Shown one piece after another: positions 56,101-64,000 of a stretch of DNA of 64,000 nucleotides; within the stretch, counting starts at the first letter, position 1; every line of letters starts with the position of its first letter. Under the pieces are notes generated by a model. The model was not told where the DNA came from. It saw only the letters and a list, made by a program, of their open reading frames with translations, and searched no databases. This DNA comes from Bugula neritina (Eukaryota; Animalia; Bryozoa): positions 22,432,767 through 22,496,766 of the forward strand of contig OZ037766.1 in assembly GCA_964035545.1 (NCBI GenBank), read 5' to 3'. The translations under genes and the position numbers were made by a program.

Positions 56101-59100
56101 AGAAGATATGCATGGGTTTTGGCCTGTGCCAAACTGCTCACAGTTCCACCCACCAAAGCTTTCACAGGAAAACCAAAGACTATACGAAATCTCTCCACCA
56201 ATCACAAGTAATTATTGGCAGTACACAGGCATTTGATATTGGTATGATAATGTTGGTATACTACCTATGTTATGCTTTTATTCCGTATATAGATTTGAAC
56301 TTGCCAGCCAATCTCTGAATGCGGTCAACCATATCAAACTGTCTATAAAATGTAGACTATAGTCTATACCCCTGAACACACTAATTGCCGTACCCTATAT
56401 AGGCCGTAATGTAAAATGTCAACCATTTTTAGAAATATCCCAGCTTTCTGTATGGCATTGCCATACGTCAGGATCAAACACTGCTTGATTCAAAAAAGTT
56501 GCGTCAGGCCTCTATTGAACAGAAAGACGTTCTAGTCAACTCATTGGATAGAAATGTCTAACTAAGTTTTATAAATCGTACCCAATAATGAACTTTGAGA
56601 ACTTCAGCCTGGGCGCATTCAAAATGACTGACATATGACGTTACGGCCTACGGTGCGGCAAAGTGTGTCAAGGGGGTATATATCTTTAGCCATAGCATGT
56701 TAATATAGAGAGATTACGTGTAAATTTTTTGAATCAACTCTAATTTTAATGAGTAAGAACAATGATAGGTTGATAATACCAATGTTAAATCATATATAGT
56801 GTAAGTTGTGTTTCTCATCTGTAGAAAAGACAGAAGTCACTGTGTTTGCCAACAACAATGTGGAAGACAGAATAAAAGTTTTGCTTCTTGCCTACTACAG
56901 ATCTGGATCTACTTTCACTTCAGAATTGTTCAGAAATCATCCAGATGTATTTTATATGTAAGTAACACACGCACACAAAGTATAGTGGAGGAGCAGTAAA
57001 GTTTTGAATAATATTATGAGGAATGTGACTGTGAGACTTAGTAACTTGGTCAATGATATTAAAATGAAATTTTATTTCTATTTCATTTGCAGAGCATGTT
57101 TTAACAAATAGATTCTGTCATTAATTTGAAAATTATATTTTTGTAAACATTTTGAGACAGGTTCGAACCATTTCATTCAGTAACTCCTTTGCCAATAGCC
57201 AAAGAACGTGAGGAGACACATAATTACCTGACAAAGCCAACAGCTAATGCAATTAATTCTTTATTCAATTGCAATTTGCTACAACTTTCACCAAATACCA
57301 TAAACAAGTTTCTGCAAAGTGACAGACTATCTGATTGTAAGTATATTGTGTAAATTGTTTGTTGTAACCTTCACTCAAAACTCTATGTTTTATGATCAGT
57401 GGAACAGCCTTGCCAGAAATATAAAAGTTTGAAATTCTTTTAGCTATTTTGAATTGAAAAAAAACATTATCGACACCTAAAAATAAACAAAGAAAGTTTC
57501 AAGCAACATTCTTAAACAGGGGAAATCTATTTTGGTACTTTCAAACAAAGTAACAAAAAAAATCAACATACGCAGCTTTAAAAAGGTTTTATATAATGTT
57601 GAACGATTCAAATACAAATATATAAGCACTAAATTAAAATTAAATCAATATTCAAATGTAAATATAAATTATATACTTCAAGTTATTAAAAATCAAATTA
57701 ATAATAATTTTAAAAATGCAAGGACAGCTTAATTTTTTTTGAGTAAATAGAAGGGAATAAGTTAGAACAGCTACAGTTGTAATTGGCTTATGCTGTACAG
57801 ATTGTGAAGGAAAATATATTCTGGACTGTATGGCTTTGTTCATTGCTCGGTGCAAAGCTAGAAAACTAACTGCCATCAAATCAATACTAGTCAGGATGAA
57901 ATCTGTAAAGATGGCCATTGAGAAAGATCAACAGTCAAAGCTGAGGGTAAGAAATATAATATTTGTTTATCAATAGACATTGTGAGAAGTATTACTTACC
58001 AAACTATACAACACAGTATATATATGCAGCCTGTAAAATGTCCTGCAAACTATACACCGACTACTTATTCTGTTTTATTTATTAAACACCTAGCTACATG
58101 AATTTGTGGTTAGTTTTATATTTGTTACTTGCAGTTTTTTTGGTTTGTGTTACTTTAAAATTCATGTAAAACTGACCTAAAGCTTATATAAGTTCAGCTA
58201 CTAGCTGCCATTCAACTATTGTAGACCTCTAGCTAGATGATTATAGTGACCATGAATAAAACAATGAAATTGAAACATTTCACATTTCTCGCTACCTGCG
58301 AAATATTTTTCTTTCCAACTGTTAGATTACCAGAACGTAATAGTAGGTCTTACCTGTGTTAAAGCTGCTAGATGAAAGTGAGCGTTCACTCCGTTCGTCT
58401 GGGTTTTATCTGCGTTAGCTTGTAGCTATCTCAGCTATACGGTGGCTGGTAGGGCAACTCCTAGTAACACGATAGCGCACGTATCTGATGGGCTATTGTC
58501 ATTAGCTAAACTCTCAGCGTGCCACTATAACACCAACCGTATTCATAGCATATGTAGCCATAATAGGCAGGTTTGTGCAGAATCTGAAAATTAATGTGTA
58601 TCTTCACACTTTGTGTCAGCTGTTGTTACATAAAGTTGAACAATTCCGTCCTAAAGCTAATATGGAGAAATAAGTATACTACTTTAGATATCCAAAGTGA
58701 TAGTGCAACCAATCTATCAACAAAGTAATTTGAAAGGGCACATCTGTTCAAATTATCTATCTAGGAATAAGGGTTTTTGCATCTTACAATTTTGGTGCAG
58801 CATACCTTTAAAATTATCACCTTCTGTAAAGTGATTTTTGTCAATTGAAACCATATAATATATAACTGATTGTATCATGATTTACAACTTGGTTGCTTAT
58901 TCTAGGCATAGCAAGTCACGTTCTGCTTTTTCTGCTCCGAGGCCAGTATACCATATACTATTTTTTCTGATCATATGTTTTTCATTTTATATAGTAAGTA
59001 TCAACAGTGAGTAAAAAAGGAAGCAACTTAACAAAACATCCAAAAAGGAATCCTTTTTCTACTGTAAACTACAATGCATTTAGGTTCTGCTACTACTTCG

Positions 59101-60705
59101 TGATCCTCGAGGAATAATGAGATCTAGAATGGTTATAAAGGATGGTTATAACAAAAAATACAAAAATGAAGATGAAGCGCTAAGGATACACTCAGAGAGT
59201 AAGTTGCATCAAATTATTTTGTTATTATACTAAGAATGAAGACATGCAGCATAATACAGAGTTAATGGTCAGAGGTTGTATAGAAGGTTTATATAAGTGA
59301 GTCTTTTATTAAATTTTTTTCTAGTTTCTTTTAAAGTTTTTCCTAGTTTCAACATCTTTATTTCAAGTATTAATTGGGGCAACTTGGATGTTTATATTAC
59401 ACGTCAAATGGAATGGGTTTTTAACACTGCCATAGGTGTAAGTAAGTTCCATATACTGAATGTTAGTGAAAATAACTAAGATGATGTTAAATACCAACAG
59501 TGCTGTGTAAAGCAATGGCAGATGACGCACAGATAGCCAAGGAAGTTCAGAAAAAGCACTCAAATCCAATAGTTGTAGTTCACTATGAAGATATAGCCAA
59601 TTACACAAAGACAGCCGCCAATTATATATACAGGTATCACATACCTAAGAGTAGAAAATGGCATTTCAAATAGAGTTCTATTCCCTATGTTTTAGCTATG
59701 CTACTATAATACTCTTGACTCAACAACCTTTGTATAATTAATACCTTTTCTCCCCATAAATGATAGGTTGAAGTTAAGTCGCTAATGGCAAGTAAAGTTT
59801 GTTCTCCATTTAATCTCTGAGTTTGGTTCTTTTACTTTTATTCCAAGATAACTAAATGAACTGTACTGTTATAGGAAACATCGCCTTGCTTATATTAATT
59901 TTTTAAAATATAACTATACGTGATGAAAATAAGTAATAAACAAGAAATACCTTATATATATGGGAAAAAATCATTAGCATATATATATACATAAGAAATG
60001 CATAGCAAGCTAGTTTCTTGTTCCAACAATTTCAAAGCTAGTTTAATTGTTTTACACATCTATCCTGTTTAAGATTAGGCAGTTGCATTTCTCAACAAAA
60101 ATAAGGTGGCTGCAACCGTAACTATATTCCAAGTGTAGCAGATTGAAGCAACAAAGTAACAAAAATTAATGCAACACTTTCTAAAAATGACCACTTTAAA
60201 ATTCTAAAAACTTTCTATTAATCAGAAGTATAACTGGTGTTGAAATGGAGGTTTGCATAATTATCTTATGAATAAAATGTTTATTTTGTTATAGAAACTT
60301 AAAAATGGGTAATCCTCCAGTTGAAGTTGTAGCAGCAGTAGCAAGACTACGGGAACACAAAGAAGGCAATTTTTATAGTGTTTATAGGTGAGAAAATATG
60401 TTCTAAATAAGTTATTTTGCTGCGAATTTAAACATTTACAGCCATATCTTTTTAATGGGCGATTCCTCAAAGTTTATTTCTGTACAGTTTTAGTTTATAA
60501 TGTTGAAAAAAGCTTTATTTACAGGCGTGACAGTGTAGCCACTGCCTATAAATGGAAGAAGTCATTGCCTTTTAAACAAGTGAAGCTAATAGATGAAGGA
60601 TGTAAAGACTATTATAAATATATTGGATATGAGCCTGTGGGTTCTGAACAGGAGTTATCTGACCCTAACAACTATCACAGAACCAACCTTATTCCACTGA
60701 TATAA
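53142..60705 (+). CDS. Golgi carbohydrate sulfotransferase, CHST1/3/5 (Gal/GlcNAc-6-O)-like, about 535 aa, 12 exons
   Basis: Exons 53142-53232, 53878-53965, 54462-54526, 55257-55492, 56057-56207, 56825-56957, 57161-57336, 57801-57946, 59084-59198, 59501-59633, 60295-60387, 60525-60705; phase-consistent (1608 nt). N-terminal type II anchor, 5'-PSB LLAYYRSGSTFTSELFRNHPDVFYMFEP, 3'-PB LLRDPRGIMRSR, VHYEDIA, and C-terminal C...IGY. Exons 2-3 are less certain. Confidence 0.88.
55560..55830 (+). pseudogene. Tandem duplicate of CHST exon 5 plus upstream intron; pseudo-exon with stop (55756-55822)
   Basis: Parallels 55875-56100; AG|KKVCNQTKCRFCLSQFLQH* followed by GTAAGT. Confidence 0.7.
56369..56676. 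mobile_element. MITE in CHST intron 5
   Basis: Imperfect TIRs cccctgaacacact..tgccgtacc...taggccgtaa / ttacggccta.ggtgcggcaaagtgtgtcaagggg; TATA on both flanks. Confidence 0.7.
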
Positions 60706-61264
60706 CATTCAATATGCATATTGTGCATATGTATTAAAAAATTTATCATACATTGTATATAGTATCAATGACAATTACATTCTTACCAAGCAGCGTACCT
60801 TGATTTTATCAAATAACAAGTAAATAAAAATTAACTTTACTAAATATGATTATGAAGATTTTATAGCTTCAACGAAGTAGCTAGCTGCAGTGTTTAAAAA
60901 TATATTAGTGCAGTTTCATTTTTGAAATTATATATATGCACACATGCAGTGAGTGCCAGAATATTGAATAAAAAGAAAACTTTAATTTTAATTTTTTTTT
61001 ATTTATAATTGTTAAACAAAATAACATTGATGTTCTAACTAGCAATGTACATATAAAATTATCAATGAAGATTAATGAAATTAGTGAGTTTTAAAATTTT
61101 AAAAAAGAAGCTCAGACAGATTTGTTTTGGAGATATTCGGAACATTTTATTTTTTGTAGATAATATTCAATATTTGCACAAACATTTTCAAGTTTTCAGT
61201 TGTATCTTGCTTCAAGTGGTGTTGGATGAAAGCTTTGACAATTCTATATGGGGTGACATTGATA

Positions 61265-61565
<301 letters not shown>

Positions 61566-61789
61566 TAAAACATTTTTAGTAGCAAGCATAGCACTACTTC
61601 TATCAGAACGAGAAGAAAGATTATTTGATTTAAAATCTTAACCAAATATTTGGATATAAATTATAATACACTGATGTGTGTTATAGTGTGTGTATAGTAT
61701 TAGAAAAGTTGTATGTTGAAGTAAATAAAATCAACAGTTTATAATTTACTTATTTCTTGAAACAAATAGGCTATATCAAGATTTTTGCT

Positions 61790-61965
61790 TATTTCCAGCG
61801 TATAAGCTGAAGAATTCCATGACTTTTAAGCAAGTAAAACTAATAGATGGAAAATGTAGGAAGAATATTATAAATATATTGGATATGAGCCTGTGGGTTC
61901 TGAACAGGAGTTATCTGACCTTATAACAACCACTCCAGAACTATAGCCTTACTCTGCTAATATAA
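61790..61965 (+). pseudogene. Degenerate copy of the CHST last exon
   Basis: aagcaagtaaaactaatagatg...tattggatatgagcctgtgggttctgaacaggagttatctgacc shared with 60575-60665; indels present. Confidence 0.85.
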
Positions 61966-62569
61966 AGTTGAATACATAATTGAAGAGATGCTTGTTCAAT
62001 TTTTTAATAAGTTGTTGTCTAATCAACAGAAAGTAATGAAGATTCTAAAAACGAACAACTTTTGCTCTATAGATTAAACTAATGATGCAATATTTAGAAT
62101 AAGTATAATTATTTTGTGTATATTGTTGTATATGTGAGATGAAATGTATATTAACAGTTAACTATATAGTTTTCAAAACATGAAACAAAGCACATTGTGA
62201 CAAAATAATACATACTTTTAATTATTAAAACATGTTGAAAGCTGCACAACTCTAATCTAGTATCAATTAAGTTGCTGTAGCCACTGTATGGTGCACGGTG
62301 CATGGTATTTCACAAGTTTAGCTAAAATTGTGTAGAAAGTTGATAGAATAAAATAGAGTTTAATTCACACTCTAGCTTGACCAAAGTCTAAAAGTATTTA
62401 CATTTCCACTTGCATTTGAACTGTTATCGGGTTTTTCACTGTTAGTAAATTACCAGTTGGAACTTACCAACATTCCTATAAGTAACTTGCTGCCATATAT
62501 TGTCATTAATCTTAAATTTTTATGGTATTTATTTAATACCTCTAGTTTGTTTTCCATTTCATAGAATTC

Positions 62570-63110
62570 GCAACTTGCATGATTGCTTATTCTAGGAATA
62601 AGCAATCACTCTCCCTTTACTGCTCTGATACCGGTATAGGAACCTTATTATTTTCACCGCTACGTTTCTCATTTTATCTAATAAGTATCAACAGTAAGCA
62701 AAAAAGGAAGCGAGTAGCAACTTAGCAACAGGTATAAAAGAATTTGTTTTTTTCTACTGTGAACTTCAATGCATTTTAGGTTCTGCTACTACTTCGTGAT
62801 CCTCGAGGAATAATGAGATCTAGAATGGGTATAAAAGATGGTTCCAGCAAAGAATACCAAAATAAAGATGAAGCGCTAAGGATACACTCGAAGAGTAGGT
62901 TGCATCAAATTATTTTGTTACTATACTAAGAATAAAGACAGCCTAGGCTTGAAATCTTGAGTTGTTGATCAGAAGTTACAGAAGGTCAATATTAATCTAT
63001 TAAATTTTGATTCTCGTTTGTTTTAAAGTTTCCCTCAGCTTTAACATCTTTATTTTGATGATTTATTTGGGCAACTTGGAAGTCATATGGAGTAGGTTTT
63101 TAACAATGTC
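62570..63110 (+). pseudogene. Copy of CHST exon 9 (62780-62894, intact) with flanking introns
   Basis: Parallels 58885-59435; VLLLLRDPRGIMRSRMGIKDG...IHSK with AG/GT retained. Confidence 0.9.
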
Positions 63111-63244
63111 ATAGCAACAGTAGGTAAATTCCTGCCAGCCGCACAGGATTACGGTGGTGAAAGGAGACCATAGCAGTAGGTCTATTCTTTGAATAATGCA
63201 TATATACACAAGGCAACGTTTTCTATAATACAGTTGATTTAGTT

Positions 63245-63650
63245 ATCTTAAAATAAAAGTAAAAGTACAAAACTCAGAGATTAAATGGAGAAGAAACTTT
63301 ACTTGCCATCAGCAACTTCACCTCAACTTATCATAAGAGGAAAAGAGGAATTCATGAGACAAAGGTGGTGGAGTTAAGAGTACTAAAACATGGGGAATAG
63401 AACTCTATTTGAGATGCTATTCTCTACTAGTTATAAGCTATATAATACCTGTATATATAATTAGCAGCTGTCTTTGTGTAATTGGCTATGTCTTCATAGT
63501 GAACCACAACTACTGGATTTGGGTGCTTTTTCTGAACTTCCTTGGTTATCTGTGTATCATCTGCCATTGCTTTACACAGCACTGTTGGTATTTAACATCA
63601 TCTTAGTTATATTTCACTAACATTCAGTATATGGAACTTATCTACTGCTA
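63245..63650 (-). pseudogene. Inverted copy of CHST exon 10 (63581-63449, intact) with flanking introns
   Basis: Reverse complement of about 59430-59840; LCKAMADDTQITKEVQKKHPNPVVVVHYEDIANYTKTAANYIY with splice sites retained. Confidence 0.9.
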
Positions 63651-63669
63651 TGAATGACTTATATGAATG

Positions 63670-63955
63670 ACACATCCTACGGGTGTGCAGGTGTATGCCT
63701 GGGCAAAGATACATGAAGGACAGGCTGTAGTTGCCCTGTGTGACTTGTCCCCTTCTCTGAGTCACTGACAAATCCAAAGGAACTGCAGGGCTGTTACAGT
63801 TTAGCACCAATGGTGTCGCAGAAGCCGCTAGAACAAAGTTGTAAACAACGGCAAACTGCCTAAAGAGCTGGAACTCCAGGTTTGTCCTCGGGGCTTACTC
63901 CCCAAGCCTTTTTCATGGTTGGGTGTAGCCGCAAATTAAACAGTGAAAGTTTAGA
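63670..63955 (+). mobile_element. Probable 5' region of an RTE-clade non-LTR retrotransposon or derived SINE
   Basis: GC-richer block with gttgtaaacaacggcaaactgcc and cctcggggcttactccccaagccttt, motifs recalled from RTE 5' UTRs; not verified by search. Confidence 0.35.
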
Positions 63956-64000
63956 ATGAGAGTTTTTTTTCTCCTAGATGAGCTGTGTTCTCAGACTAAT

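Overview
AT-rich, intron-containing animal (invertebrate-like) genomic DNA; the species cannot be fixed from the sequence. Reading through splice sites by hand gives six protein-coding models: (1) single-exon ANAPC13 (160-393, +); (2) a 5-exon CIR1 with a tandem-repeat RS tail starting only 25 nt after the ANAPC13 stop (419-3087, +); (3) an inverted, C-terminally truncated CIR1 paralog (4420-5972, -); (4) a 3-sushi/CCP type I membrane receptor with ITIM-like tyrosine motifs (14444-24121, -); (5) selenoprotein H with an in-frame TGA in a CxxU motif and a type II SECIS (27607-33239, -); (6) a 12-exon CHST1/3/5-like carbohydrate sulfotransferase (53142-60705, +) surrounded by scrambled copies of its own exons. 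The remainder holds a decayed Academ transposon in SELENOH intron 1, nested MITEs, a foldback around a (TA)n core, a decayed P2X7-ballast-like sequence, and mini/microsatellites. The top candidate system is an ANAPC13-CIR1 bicistronic unit: a 4-codon uORF overlaps the ANAPC13 start and there is no ATG in any frame between the ANAPC13 and CIR1 start codons. Family assignments come from recalled motifs, not database searches.
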